Shown here piece after piece: positions 27,251 through 37,419 of a DNA stretch of 64,000 bases. Position numbers and translations under genes: made by a program. The first letter of the stretch is position 1, and each line of letters starts with the position of its first letter. The stretch lies in the IMG/VR virus record IMGVR_UViG_3300042887_001883, positions 1 to 64,000 of that record, one strand, 5' to 3'. This DNA is from a virus. A model generated the notes under the pieces. It searched no databases and was not told the DNA's origin. It worked only from the letters and a program-made list of their open reading frames with translations.

Positions 27251-28522
27251 ATGACCAATTATAAAATAAAAAAATATAATGGTGTAGATGCTCCAATTCC
27301 AGAATTGGTGGAGCATTCTAATACTGCTGATACGTCAACCAGCCTTACTTTTTATAGTAAAGGATATGATAATGGTTCTGCATTAAATACTAACATTTTG
27401 CGATTAATGGAACATTTCCATTCTTTAACAAAACCAACAAATCCAGTAATGGGACAATTATGGTTTGATGGTCTTAATAGAAAAATGGCAGTCTATAATG
27501 GTAAGGTTTGGGATTATTTGAAATTTGGTGTTATTATACCAAAAGAATTACAGTGGACTGGTACATTATCACAAAATACCGTTGGTCAAGATTCTACTAT
27601 TTCTGGTACTATTACGGTAACAGCAACAGCATGTACATTTAACAACATATTATCTACTAATATTAATCAATCATTATCCGATTATATTATTACTGGTTCT
27701 ATACCATCAGGACTATCATTAAACGTAACGTCGCATAATGTAATAGATAGTACTGTTGATATTACTGTATCTGGTACCGTTCCATCATCAACAACATCAT
27801 TTAATTTTAAAATAGCCTTTACCGCTAACGCATTTTCAGATGTTTTAGATATTTCAGAAGTATCTAATCCAGATAATACCATTGTTATTCCTATGGTATA
27901 TAATCCACCAACAACTACTTCTACTACGGCAGCACCGACGACTACTACAACCGTAGCTCCAACTACCACTACTACGGCTGCCCCTATTACTACCACTACC
28001 ACCGTAGCGGGAACTGTTCCATTAACTACGTTTAGTAGTATTAAACTTGGTGTAACTTGGGGTGGGGCAGTCGATTTAGATACCGTAGTAGCAGCATATG
28101 ATGCTAATGGAGTCTGTACAGCCATGAAAACGGCAGTATCCCCAGCTACTATTGCTGGTGTTACATATGGTGGGGATATTACCACTGGTGGGATTGAAGA
28201 ATACTACAATATTGATTTAACACAATTAACGTGTAGTAGATTGGTTCTAGGTATTTTGGAATATACTGATAATTCATTTACCAGTATGTCTAGTTTATCT
28301 ACTAGAATCGTAGATAATACCTCATCTACTAATATTGCCAACTTTAATTTAACTACTATTGCAAAAACTCCATCAAATACTCCTAATACCACATGTATAG
28401 TTGGGGTATTTACAAAAACTGGTTCATCATGGAGCTTTGTATCTTATCAAAAATTGATAAATTCTCATAGTGGTAAACATGCCATTGTTGCTGGCGATTT
28501 ATATACTTCTTTAGGATTGTAA
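27251..28522 (+). CDS. Fibre/appendage protein: anchor, Ig-like domain, Thr stalk, TerD-like domain
   Basis: LTFY..N..RLMEHF..PTNPVMGQLWFD; C-terminal IKLGVTWGGAVDLDTVVAAYD. Confidence 0.78.
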   Translation: MTNYKIKKYNGVDAPIPELVEHSNTADTSTSLTFYSKGYDNGSALNTNILRLMEHFHSLTKPTNPVMGQLWFDGLNRKMAVYNGKVWDYLKFGVIIPKELQWTGTLSQNTVGQDSTISGTITVTATACTFNNILSTNINQSLSDYIITGSIPSGLSLNVTSHNVIDSTVDITVSGTVPSSTTSFNFKIAFTANAFSDVLDISEVSNPDNTIVIPMVYNPPTTTSTTAAPTTTTTVAPTTTTTAAPITTTTTVAGTVPLTTFSSIKLGVTWGGAVDLDTVVAAYDANGVCTAMKTAVSPATIAGVTYGGDITTGGIEEYYNIDLTQLTCSRLVLGILEYTDNSFTSMSSLSTRIVDNTSSTNIANFNLTTIAKTPSNTPNTTCIVGVFTKTGSSWSFVSYQKLINSHSGKHAIVAGDLYTSLGL

Positions 28523-28524
28523 TT

Positions 28525-31107
28525 ATGCATAAATCATATAACCTTAAAAAATATAATGGTGATAATGCTCCTATTACACATATAGAAGATGTCACTGGTG
28601 TAGATACTTCTACCAGTCTAACCTTTTATGGTAAAAATTTTCAACATTACGGAAAAGGATTTAATGAAAATTTCTTACACCTAATGGAAAAATTTCGGTC
28701 TAATTCTGCATCAGCACCTACCAATCCCATGATGGGGCAAATGTGGTTTGATGATACATTAAAACAGATGATGGTATATAATGGTACTGTCTGGGATATC
28801 TTAATTACTGTATTACCACAACAATTAAATTGGTCTGGTAGTTTTACACAAGTAATATCTGGTAACAATTCATCATTCTCTGGTACCGTAATTGCGCAAG
28901 GTAGTAATTGTAAATTTAATACCATTATTACTCCTTTTGATTATACTATTACTAATTTATTACCAAATTTTACTCCAACAATTGCTGTAGATACAACAAC
29001 AAACCAAATCAGCATTACCTTATCGGGAAGTATTGTAAAAACTACACCATCATTTACTTTTAATATAGCTTTTAAGCAATCAGCCTTCACTAATGTTTAT
29101 GATATTGTTGATTTATTATATAACCCAAAAGCTATAGCATTAAATTTTGCATCAGTTACTAATAATTTACCTGGTGGTGACGTTATTATTACTGGTATAC
29201 CAACTGTTGATGAAACACTAACAGCTTCTAATAATCTTACTGATGCTGATGGTATCGGGACGATATATTACCAATGGATGAAAAATGGAATTAATATCAA
29301 TAGTGCTACATATCCTAATTATACAGTAGCATCATCAGATGTTAGTTCTGTCATTACTGTAAAAGCCTTCTATACTGACGATTTAGGATTTTATAATAGT
29401 AAAACTAGTGCTGGTGTTACTATTGCAGTACCATTAGTACCATCAGTAGCATTATCTATTGTCACCCCATTTATCGAAAAATCTACAAATGTTGGTGAAT
29501 TTGAAGGTAAAATTAAAATTACCACTACTGATTGTACAATCAAGTCAATATATGATTATGCTACACAAATTGCAGCAGCATTTAATAATATTAAAGATTC
29601 TAGTAATGGCCCAGCATCAATCGACCCAGTAGTTATAGTTAAAGATATTGCATCAACCAGTACCGAATTATTATTAACTATTACGGCAACATCTGATATT
29701 CATCAAACTAATCTTTCTGGTAATATAATCATAGATTCTTTGTTACTATCAGCTACCGTAGATTCTTCTCAATTGTTATTACCTATTACGATAACCATGC
29801 GACCAGCATCGGTAGATATTGTGTGGGATAATACAAATATGCTTCAAGAGGAATTGAATTTAAATGATGGTACAATGACTGGACAATTATTGGTAAATCT
29901 GCCTACCGATTTCACATTTGTTGCATCCCCATCAATAACTATGACACCGATAGCAGGATTAACACCAGTTATAACATTAAATACCGCAAAAACAGTAGGA
30001 ACCATCACCTTAACTGGACAAGCTACTACTCACGATGTTGATTATACTAATATCACGTTTACCGTATTAGCTTCTGATATAACCACAACAACATTAGGCT
30101 CGATAACACCAGCATCATTAGCACACACTATTGATATCGGTATGACCGCACCAGTGTATAATGTTACCTGGGATAATTCAAATCCATTAATTGAAGATAT
30201 TTCTTTAAATGATGGAACCATTTCTGGACAATTGAAAGCAATATTACCAACAGGATTTACTTTTAATAGTGCTTTGGTGACTATGACACCCACTATAGCC
30301 GGTACCACAGTAGTACCAACATTAAATGTAGCAACCAATGAATTAACTATTACCTTAACCGGACAAGCAACTACTCATGATACCACATATTCTAATATTA
30401 CCTTCGATTTAGGGGTAACAAATACGTCTAATACCATACCAGGAACATTAGATGTTACTACTTTATCACATACTGTTGATATTACTATGTATCCTGTTCC
30501 TACTACAACTACTACCACTGTCGTACCAACTACAACTACCACTGTCGTACCAACTACAACTACTACTGTCGTACCAACTACTACCACAACAACAGTAGCA
30601 CCAGTAATATTGAATTATAGTAGTATTAAATTAGGGGTTACTTGGGGTGGAGCAGTCGATTTAGATACTGTCGTCGCCGCATATGATTCATCTGGCATTT
30701 GTACAAAAATGAAAACGGCAGTACACCCAGATGCTATTACCGGTGTGGTTTATGGTGGTGATGTTACAACAGGTGGTATAGAAGAATACTATAATATTGA
30801 TTTAACTGCCGTTACCGATGATAAATTAGTATTAGGTATTTTAGAATATACTGCTAACTCGTTTACATCTATGACTAGCTTAACAAGCCGAATAGTAGAT
30901 AACAGTACCAGTACTAACATTGTTCAAACTATCATCCCAACCGTTACTAAGAGTGTATCAAATACTGCAAATACCACATATATTGTCGGAGTATTTACAA
31001 AATCTGGTGGGAATTGGAGCTTCACCCCTTATCAAAAATTATTAAATTCACACAATGGTATCCATGCCATCTGGCCAGGAGACACGTTTGCATCATTAGG
31101 ATTATAA
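28525..31107 (+). CDS. Fibre/appendage protein: anchor, about five Ig-like domains, Thr stalk, TerD-like domain
   Basis: LTFYGKNFQHYGKGFNENFLHLMEKF..NPMMGQMWFD; two NDGT.SGQL..LPT.FTF repeats; IKLGVTWGGAVDLD. Confidence 0.78.
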   Translation: MHKSYNLKKYNGDNAPITHIEDVTGVDTSTSLTFYGKNFQHYGKGFNENFLHLMEKFRSNSASAPTNPMMGQMWFDDTLKQMMVYNGTVWDILITVLPQQLNWSGSFTQVISGNNSSFSGTVIAQGSNCKFNTIITPFDYTITNLLPNFTPTIAVDTTTNQISITLSGSIVKTTPSFTFNIAFKQSAFTNVYDIVDLLYNPKAIALNFASVTNNLPGGDVIITGIPTVDETLTASNNLTDADGIGTIYYQWMKNGININSATYPNYTVASSDVSSVITVKAFYTDDLGFYNSKTSAGVTIAVPLVPSVALSIVTPFIEKSTNVGEFEGKIKITTTDCTIKSIYDYATQIAAAFNNIKDSSNGPASIDPVVIVKDIASTSTELLLTITATSDIHQTNLSGNIIIDSLLLSATVDSSQLLLPITITMRPASVDIVWDNTNMLQEELNLNDGTMTGQLLVNLPTDFTFVASPSITMTPIAGLTPVITLNTAKTVGTITLTGQATTHDVDYTNITFTVLASDITTTTLGSITPASLAHTIDIGMTAPVYNVTWDNSNPLIEDISLNDGTISGQLKAILPTGFTFNSALVTMTPTIAGTTVVPTLNVATNELTITLTGQATTHDTTYSNITFDLGVTNTSNTIPGTLDVTTLSHTVDITMYPVPTTTTTTVVPTTTTTVVPTTTTTVVPTTTTTTVAPVILNYSSIKLGVTWGGAVDLDTVVAAYDSSGICTKMKTAVHPDAITGVVYGGDVTTGGIEEYYNIDLTAVTDDKLVLGILEYTANSFTSMTSLTSRIVDNSTSTNIVQTIIPTVTKSVSNTANTTYIVGVFTKSGGNWSFTPYQKLLNSHNGIHAIWPGDTFASLGL

Positions 31108-31344
31108 TTATTCCCAATGGTCATCAATAACTTCTTCGTCTCTTGCTATAATATAAGTACGGTTATCGTGTTTCACACGATAACCTACATCATTTAAATG
31201 GTCTTTAAAGAATTCATAAAATTTATTCTGAAAATGATAATCAATTTTATCATTTAATTCTTGTTCTGTTATTACTATCCCTTCGGGAGATATTATCAAT
31301 AATTTTAAATATTTAGATAATATTTTGTAAAAATTTTGTTTCAT
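31108..31344 (-). CDS. Small hypothetical protein
   Basis: 78-aa ORF with SD AGGAG and a sigma70 promoter upstream. Confidence 0.7.
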   Translation of the reverse strand: MKQNFYKILSKYLKLLIISPEGIVITEQELNDKIDYHFQNKFYEFFKDHLNDVGYRVKHDNRTYIIARDEEVIDDHWE

Positions 31345-31370
31345 TTTTTCTCCTATATGTTATTATCAAA

Positions 31371-31399
31371 ATTATAATAAATATTGTATCTTCCGTCAA
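31371..31399 (-). promoter_or_regulatory. Sigma70-type (early) promoter
   Basis: Minus strand TTGACG-N17-TATAAT. Confidence 0.75.
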
Positions 31400-31414
31400 G
31401 AAATTTCTTAATAT

Positions 31415-31939
31415 ATGTTACTAATAGAATTACATAATCCTAATGTACAGTCACTGATATATAAGGATATTCCACCAGAATTATACCATCTTTCTAAGGA
31501 TGCTAATCTTAAAAAATTATCACCTAGAATACCTAAAGATGTTACAAATACTGAAAATCCATTTGAAGAAAATACCATTCCTAGAATATCATTTTCAGAA
31601 TCTATCAATGGTTGCATTCTTGGCTTACAATTAAAAAAATCACAATTTGAAAAAGGTATTTGTCGATTCTATGTATATCAACCTATAATAATGGAACATA
31701 CTCATTTAGTATCTAATGATAACATAAACAATAATAGATTAGTATTTGATTCTATGATAACCAAAGAATGGTGGGGATTGAATACAGTACATGTTAAAAA
31801 AATAGGAATTATTGAAGTACAAGAAAAACCTTTTAAAACAATAGAATTTACACCATTAAGAATTGGTGATAAGAAATTTTTAAAACCTAATGGTAAATTA
31901 GATACCTTTCAATATGATTTCAAGTGGGTTAAACAATGA
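31415..31939 (+). CDS. Hypothetical protein, putative ADP-ribosyltransferase-like fold
   Basis: Order YHLS ... PRISFS ... TKEWW resembles ART strand motifs. Leader MLLIEL. Confidence 0.45.
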   Translation: MLLIELHNPNVQSLIYKDIPPELYHLSKDANLKKLSPRIPKDVTNTENPFEENTIPRISFSESINGCILGLQLKKSQFEKGICRFYVYQPIIMEHTHLVSNDNINNNRLVFDSMITKEWWGLNTVHVKKIGIIEVQEKPFKTIEFTPLRIGDKKFLKPNGKLDTFQYDFKWVKQ

Positions 31940-32988
31940 AATTAGTAGAATTATTTGAAGCTAGAAAAAATCCAGAATTGAACCTAAGATTGTCAGCATA
32001 TGAACAATTATCCGATTATAAAAGTGACCCGCATGCCTATATTCATTTTTCAAATCAAAATAAATTGGGTATCAATCCTAATGAAAAAGTATATAATGGT
32101 GAAAAGGTATCAGAAACACCATTAGGGATATATGCATACCCATTGAAAGAATCTTGGAAACATTATAAAGTAGACCATTCCCAATCCTTTATGGAATTTC
32201 CACATTCTAAAAAGAAACCATTCATATTATTGTTTAAATATGATAAACCATTAGTAGATGTATCAAAATATAAAAATTTAGAAGAAGATACTGCAAATTT
32301 ACATGCAAAATATTCTCATCTTATTGATGTTGATGCAGCCTTAGAAAAAGCTAAACATGAAGTGTATAATCCAACACAGTTTCAAGTATTTTGGAGATTA
32401 ACCCATAATGTTGCTCAACAGTTACATCCAGAACATGTTTCACATCAATGGAATACCGTTCTAAGAGCATTAGGGTATGATGGTTTCCATGATAAGTACG
32501 GTAAAGGATGGTTGCACCATAGTGAACCAATACAATCAGTATTATTAAAATACCAAAATATTGAAGTATTAGATATGGTTCTTAATAAAGATTATAGAAA
32601 TCTAAAAACAGAATTGATGGATATTGATTCTCCTACAGAATTGGTAGAAGTTATTAAAGATAAAACAGTAAAAATTAGAAATGTATTAATATCTATAGAC
32701 CATACATTAGTAACATACCTTCATAAATATCTACAACAAGTTAGTGATAGTGGTAGATTGATGCAATTTATTAATAATAGACCACCTACTGATATGAAAT
32801 TATTATTATTAATATGGTTAAATGGTCATGCCAATATTAGCCATCAAGACCATCATATGATTGAACATATTAAAAAAACCTTCGATGCATCATCTGATAA
32901 AATTTTAGCCTATGCTAAACATATTGCAAAAATTAAATGGAATGAGGATATTCTTGTCCATAATTTAGATTTATTAAAAACATTATGA
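31936..32988 (+). CDS. Hypothetical head-protein-like protein, putative ART-like fold
   Basis: Leader MKLVELFE|A; motifs YIHFS..LGINP..TPLGIYAYP..LGYDGF.D..G..H..EP.Q. Confidence 0.45.
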   Translation: MKLVELFEARKNPELNLRLSAYEQLSDYKSDPHAYIHFSNQNKLGINPNEKVYNGEKVSETPLGIYAYPLKESWKHYKVDHSQSFMEFPHSKKKPFILLFKYDKPLVDVSKYKNLEEDTANLHAKYSHLIDVDAALEKAKHEVYNPTQFQVFWRLTHNVAQQLHPEHVSHQWNTVLRALGYDGFHDKYGKGWLHHSEPIQSVLLKYQNIEVLDMVLNKDYRNLKTELMDIDSPTELVEVIKDKTVKIRNVLISIDHTLVTYLHKYLQQVSDSGRLMQFINNRPPTDMKLLLLIWLNGHANISHQDHHMIEHIKKTFDASSDKILAYAKHIAKIKWNEDILVHNLDLLKTL

Positions 32989-32989
32989 T

Positions 32990-33016
32990 AAAACCCCTCC
33001 TTCGGAGGGGTTTTTT
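32990..33016. terminator. Bidirectional rho-independent terminator
   Basis: A4-CCCCTCC-TTC-GGAGGGG-T6. Confidence 0.9.
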
Positions 33017-33410
33017 ATACCCTTTCAAATATTTTTACAAAGTATAAGGTATAAGGTAATTTTAAAAAGTATCCAATATTGAAATTATCATAATCATAGA
33101 ATCGTTCAACCACTTGTGTTATTAATGTATCCTCTACTATTCCTTCATATTCATAATGTTTTTCATATCCTTGAATAATAGTAATGTTTTTAGGTTCATA
33201 ATAAGACCATTCATCAAAGGTGTCACCATCAGGGTAATATTTTAACAAATCCGTTCTTGTTAATTTTTTAAAATCATCCTCATCATTGATGATAATTTTA
33301 TCATAGGATAATATTTTTAATTCTGAAATATCACCATCCGATGCTGGGTAAGTAGAATAATATTTACCGTTGGATTGTGTATATATTTCATATAAATTTA
33401 TGTTTTTCAT
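33015..33410 (-). CDS. Hypothetical protein (131 aa, start MKNINLYEIY)
   Basis: SD AGGAG upstream of ATG 33410. The longer call (33614) overlaps the plus-strand gene. Confidence 0.65.
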   Translation of the reverse strand: MKNINLYEIYTQSNGKYYSTYPASDGDISELKILSYDKIIINDEDDFKKLTRTDLLKYYPDGDTFDEWSYYEPKNITIIQGYEKHYEYEGIVEDTLITQVVERFYDYDNFNIGYFLKLPYTLYFVKIFERV

Positions 33411-33489
33411 ATATTTTCTCCTATTTGGAGACAATATCATATCATATTTTTCAAAAAAGTAAATAATATATTTAAAAGGAGAAACATTA

Positions 33490-33849
33490 ATGGCAATTCG
33501 TAATCCTACCTCATTAGTAGTAAAATTCAATGCCGATTTACAATACGATATTGGTGGTGGTGGTAAAGTGAATTCAGTAGCATTATTATCAGATGAAACT
33601 ACGTTACCATTCAATTCTTATATACATGGTAGTTTAGATATTTCAAATGCTACTGCTGAAATCACATTAGGTAAGGCTACTACCGTAGTATTAATTGCTG
33701 ATGATATTGTATCTGTGAACAATGATAATATGACAAATGCTATTGAGACCAAGTTATTTTCATATAGTGGAGCATTAGATACTTTCTACGTTTCCACCAC
33801 ATCTACAACACCTGTCACTATTGAATATGTTTTAGGTACCAGCGATTAA
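33490..33849 (+). CDS. Small beta-rich hypothetical protein, probably virion-associated
   Basis: Strong SD AAGGAG and GTAAATA late-like element upstream; lies just before the neck genes. Confidence 0.7.
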   Translation: MAIRNPTSLVVKFNADLQYDIGGGGKVNSVALLSDETTLPFNSYIHGSLDISNATAEITLGKATTVVLIADDIVSVNNDNMTNAIETKLFSYSGALDTFYVSTTSTTPVTIEYVLGTSD

Positions 33850-33905
33850 TCAACGGTTCCATTTTTTCATAAATATTTATTTTTAATATCTATGAAAAAA
33901 TACCT

Positions 33906-36689
33906 ATGATTAATTCACCATATAAAGATTCGCCTAACAGTTTAACGGATGATAGCAACCGTATAGACTTATCATTCAACAGAAATGGTACCACCGGTAC
34001 CATTTCTTGGACTATTCCCCAGAATTTAGACAATCCTACGGCTCCGCCATTATATTATAATGGTATTTTATTACTATTAGATAATAAACCAATAACTATT
34101 AAACCTATTAATCATCAAAAATATCAAGATGATAATACCGTAGATATTAGTAAACATGTTGGTGACCGTATTGGTGATTCATTAGTCATAGGTAGTTTCT
34201 ATAATGATAAAACTACTAATTCTATTACCATTACCGATTTATCTGATAATGTAGATTATTATATTGCTGGTTTTGGTATTGATAATGTTACCAATTATAG
34301 TGCCCCAATATTCTCATATCAGTTACCATTAAAATTAAACATTGATGCCAATAATACAGCAGGATATCATATTGTTAAATTAGGTGTTTTACCTGCAGAT
34401 GTTATTGATATTGATACCAATTTATATGTTTATATCGATACTAAAGATTATACTTTACCCATTAACGCCACCACATATGCAGAATTAGTTGATAGCATCA
34501 ATACTAAAATAGCACAAGTGGATAATCCATATATTGGTAATGAACCTAAGAATAAAAATGGTTTATCTATATTAAACAATACCTTATATAAATTTGATGG
34601 TATTAATGATATATCCCAAGAATGCTCTTTTGGGAATATTCCACCTAATCAAATATCTGATGGTACTTATTGGATTACGGATGATACCTTATCACAGTGG
34701 AATAATGGTTCTTGGAACGAATTAGATGTTATTAAATATAACAAACCTACATTAGATTTAGTAGATGGTGATTATTGGTATGATGGTACTAATGCTTACC
34801 GATATGATGGATATATTTGGAAATCGGTTACCACCTATGAGGGAAAAGACCCTAGTTTAACCAAAACATTGAAAAATAATGCTATTTGGTATAACGGTAC
34901 TAAATTTTCCAAATATTCTAAAGATAAATGTAATGTCATCTGGAAAGATATTGATTTCTTCTATAATGAAAATAATCCATTAACATTCCTAAATGGTTAT
35001 TATTGGTTAAAAGATAATAAAATTTATCAATTAACTAATAAAAAATGGGTTTTGACAGATATTATTACTGGTACTAAGCCTGTTACTAGTGTCACCAAAA
35101 ATTGGTATGATGGTAAAAATGTTTACCAATATAACACGTTAACAGCAGTATGGGACTTATTACCAATTTCTGTTATTACCTTTAAATATGATGTTACTAT
35201 CGGTGATGAATGGTATTGGTATGATGGTAAAAAATTATATACGTATGATAAGTTAAACACCCAATGGGTCAGTATTTCATTCACGACTAATAGTGAAGAC
35301 CCTACCCTATCAAAAGTCAAAAAAGGTGATGCTTGGTTTGACACCTCTTTGAAAATTTGGGATGGTACCCAATGGCAAGCCATTGATTATATTGATAATT
35401 CTGCAGAACCAAAATTAGAAAGTGGTGTGTATTATCAAAATACCATAAATAAGCTGTATAAGCTGTATAATGGATTGTCATGGATTGACTTACAGGGATG
35501 TAACCTATCCTATGACCCAACTACTCTATTGCCTGGTCAATACTGGTTTACTACCTCAACAAATACATTATCTGTCTGGAATGGTATTAGCTGGCAATCC
35601 TTAATGTATTCTACATCATCACTAAAACCTAATCTAAATGATTTATGGTTTAACACCACTACAAAAAAATTATTAAAATTCAATAAATCTTGGGAAGAAA
35701 TTCTACCTAAGGCTATCTGTACTTTAGAAAATGGTGATATTAAAATTTCTAGTACCTCGGTAGGTAGTACCTCTATCCTATATATGCTAGATACTTTTGA
35801 AAATAATTCTAATCTTTTCCACTATACCTCACCCAGAGGACAATATCAAGAACCTGTTAAAGGTACTGATAGTATTAAATCAGAACCATTATATAAACAA
35901 GTCGGTGTAGGTACAGATGGTTCATATGATGAAAGACGTAATACTATTGATAATATTATGAGATTATTAGGATACCCCTCAGTATCAGTAGAATTAGATA
36001 AATCTCAATTAGAATTAGCCGTGGACTTAGGTCTATCATCATTTAGAAAATTATCTGGTAGTGCTTATGAACGTGCCCTATTTTTCTTAGATTTAAAAAA
36101 CAATGTTCAACAATATTATTTAACGGATGCTACTATTGGTTATAATAAGATTGTGGATGTACAAGCTGTTTATCGTAGAAATAGTTCATATATGAGTTCA
36201 GCCAGTGGTAATGGTATCTATGCTCAACAATTATTACAATGGATGTATAATCCTACAATGGGTTTTGATTTAACATCATATCATATTGTCAGTGAATATA
36301 CTGAATTGATGGATACTTTATTTGCTACTAGAATTGTTAGTAGATTTAATGAACGTTCAAGAAGATTGGATGTCTATCAAAATGTTGGTGGTGTTGAAAG
36401 AGTTATATTAGATACAACCATCGAACGTACAGAAAATGAATTATTGGTAGATAGAATAGCAGGAACATGGATATTACATTGGAGTCTTGGGGAAGCATGT
36501 TTAATGCTTGCCAATATTCGTGGAAAATATTCAAATGTTCCAGGTGCAGGAGGTTCAGTTAGTCTCAATAGTGGGGATTTAGTGGCAAGAGCCAATGACT
36601 TGTTTGAAAAATGCCGTTACGATATTGATAATTTCATTGCTAATGAGCCTGAAAATATCGGGTTAGAATCAACCATCGTTTGGGGTTAA
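33906..36689 (+). CDS. gp13: Neck protein gp13-like (C-terminal part) with a long N-terminal extension of Trp/Tyr-rich repeats
   Basis: C-terminus I.RLLGYP.V.VEL...QL..AVD..L..F; LANIRGKYSNVPGAGGSVSLNSG; WG end. Many G.YWYDG/LW/W repeats upstream. CATAAATA at 33868. Confidence 0.8.
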   Translation: MINSPYKDSPNSLTDDSNRIDLSFNRNGTTGTISWTIPQNLDNPTAPPLYYNGILLLLDNKPITIKPINHQKYQDDNTVDISKHVGDRIGDSLVIGSFYNDKTTNSITITDLSDNVDYYIAGFGIDNVTNYSAPIFSYQLPLKLNIDANNTAGYHIVKLGVLPADVIDIDTNLYVYIDTKDYTLPINATTYAELVDSINTKIAQVDNPYIGNEPKNKNGLSILNNTLYKFDGINDISQECSFGNIPPNQISDGTYWITDDTLSQWNNGSWNELDVIKYNKPTLDLVDGDYWYDGTNAYRYDGYIWKSVTTYEGKDPSLTKTLKNNAIWYNGTKFSKYSKDKCNVIWKDIDFFYNENNPLTFLNGYYWLKDNKIYQLTNKKWVLTDIITGTKPVTSVTKNWYDGKNVYQYNTLTAVWDLLPISVITFKYDVTIGDEWYWYDGKKLYTYDKLNTQWVSISFTTNSEDPTLSKVKKGDAWFDTSLKIWDGTQWQAIDYIDNSAEPKLESGVYYQNTINKLYKLYNGLSWIDLQGCNLSYDPTTLLPGQYWFTTSTNTLSVWNGISWQSLMYSTSSLKPNLNDLWFNTTTKKLLKFNKSWEEILPKAICTLENGDIKISSTSVGSTSILYMLDTFENNSNLFHYTSPRGQYQEPVKGTDSIKSEPLYKQVGVGTDGSYDERRNTIDNIMRLLGYPSVSVELDKSQLELAVDLGLSSFRKLSGSAYERALFFLDLKNNVQQYYLTDATIGYNKIVDVQAVYRRNSSYMSSASGNGIYAQQLLQWMYNPTMGFDLTSYHIVSEYTELMDTLFATRIVSRFNERSRRLDVYQNVGGVERVILDTTIERTENELLVDRIAGTWILHWSLGEACLMLANIRGKYSNVPGAGGSVSLNSGDLVARANDLFEKCRYDIDNFIANEPENIGLESTIVWG

Positions 36690-36691
36690 TA

Positions 36692-37417
36692 ATGGAATAT
36701 TTCTATAGTCAACAGTTTAAAAGAAATATTATCCAATTCATGGAAATCTTCCGTGGGATAATTGTAAAGACTGGAAAATCGTCCGATGGAACAATAAAAG
36801 ATATTATTGTTCCCATAAGATATGGTAGTATGGATAGGGTAGCTGAATCCATAGCTGCAAATAACACCCAGAACCTCCCTACCAGGCTTCCTATCATGGC
36901 GGCATACCTTAGTACCATATCGATGGCTTCAGACCGTTACAAGGGCATAGACACCATTAAAACGATGGCTTATACTCCTCGTGGTGGAGTATTCCCAGAT
37001 GATACCAAAACTGTCAACCAAGTTATGCCAATGCCGTTCAAATTATCACTAGATTTACACATATATTCTAGTAATATGGAACAACAATTACAAATATTAG
37101 AACAAATTCTATTATTGTTTAATCCTTCTATTCAAATCCAAACTTCTAATGCCCTTTATGATGGTGGTAGAATTACTAATGTTGAATTAGTAGGTATCAA
37201 TAATGATGAAAACTATCCTATGGGTACTGACCGTAGAATGGTTATGCATACTTTGAATTTTGATATGATTTTATATTTAACAGCCCCTGCAAAGCTAAGA
37301 GATAATCTTATTAAACAAATTAATATCAGAATTTCAGAATTAGATGTTACCAATACTGATATAATCTCTACCGATTTAGACGATATTATGTTATCTATTA
37401 ATGATGTAATAGGATAA
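36692..37417 (+). CDS. gp15: Tail sheath stabiliser / tail completion protein (gp15-like)
   Basis: YFY..Q.KR.IIQF..IF, VPIRYG, RLP.M, PMPF.L..DL.IY....Q.LQILEQIL..FNP. Confidence 0.88.
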   Translation: MEYFYSQQFKRNIIQFMEIFRGIIVKTGKSSDGTIKDIIVPIRYGSMDRVAESIAANNTQNLPTRLPIMAAYLSTISMASDRYKGIDTIKTMAYTPRGGVFPDDTKTVNQVMPMPFKLSLDLHIYSSNMEQQLQILEQILLLFNPSIQIQTSNALYDGGRITNVELVGINNDENYPMGTDRRMVMHTLNFDMILYLTAPAKLRDNLIKQINIRISELDVTNTDIISTDLDDIMLSINDVIG

Positions 37418-37419
37418 TT

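Noticed and set aside
14030-31107. Tellurite-resistance (ter) operon
   Set aside because: TerD-like domains occur only as C-terminal fusions on fibre proteins. No terA, terB, terC or stand-alone terD/terZ is visible.
33411-33614. N-terminal extension of the minus-strand ORF 33015-33614
   Set aside because: It overlaps the plus-strand gene at 33490. A good SD and a promoter-like sequence support the start at 33410.
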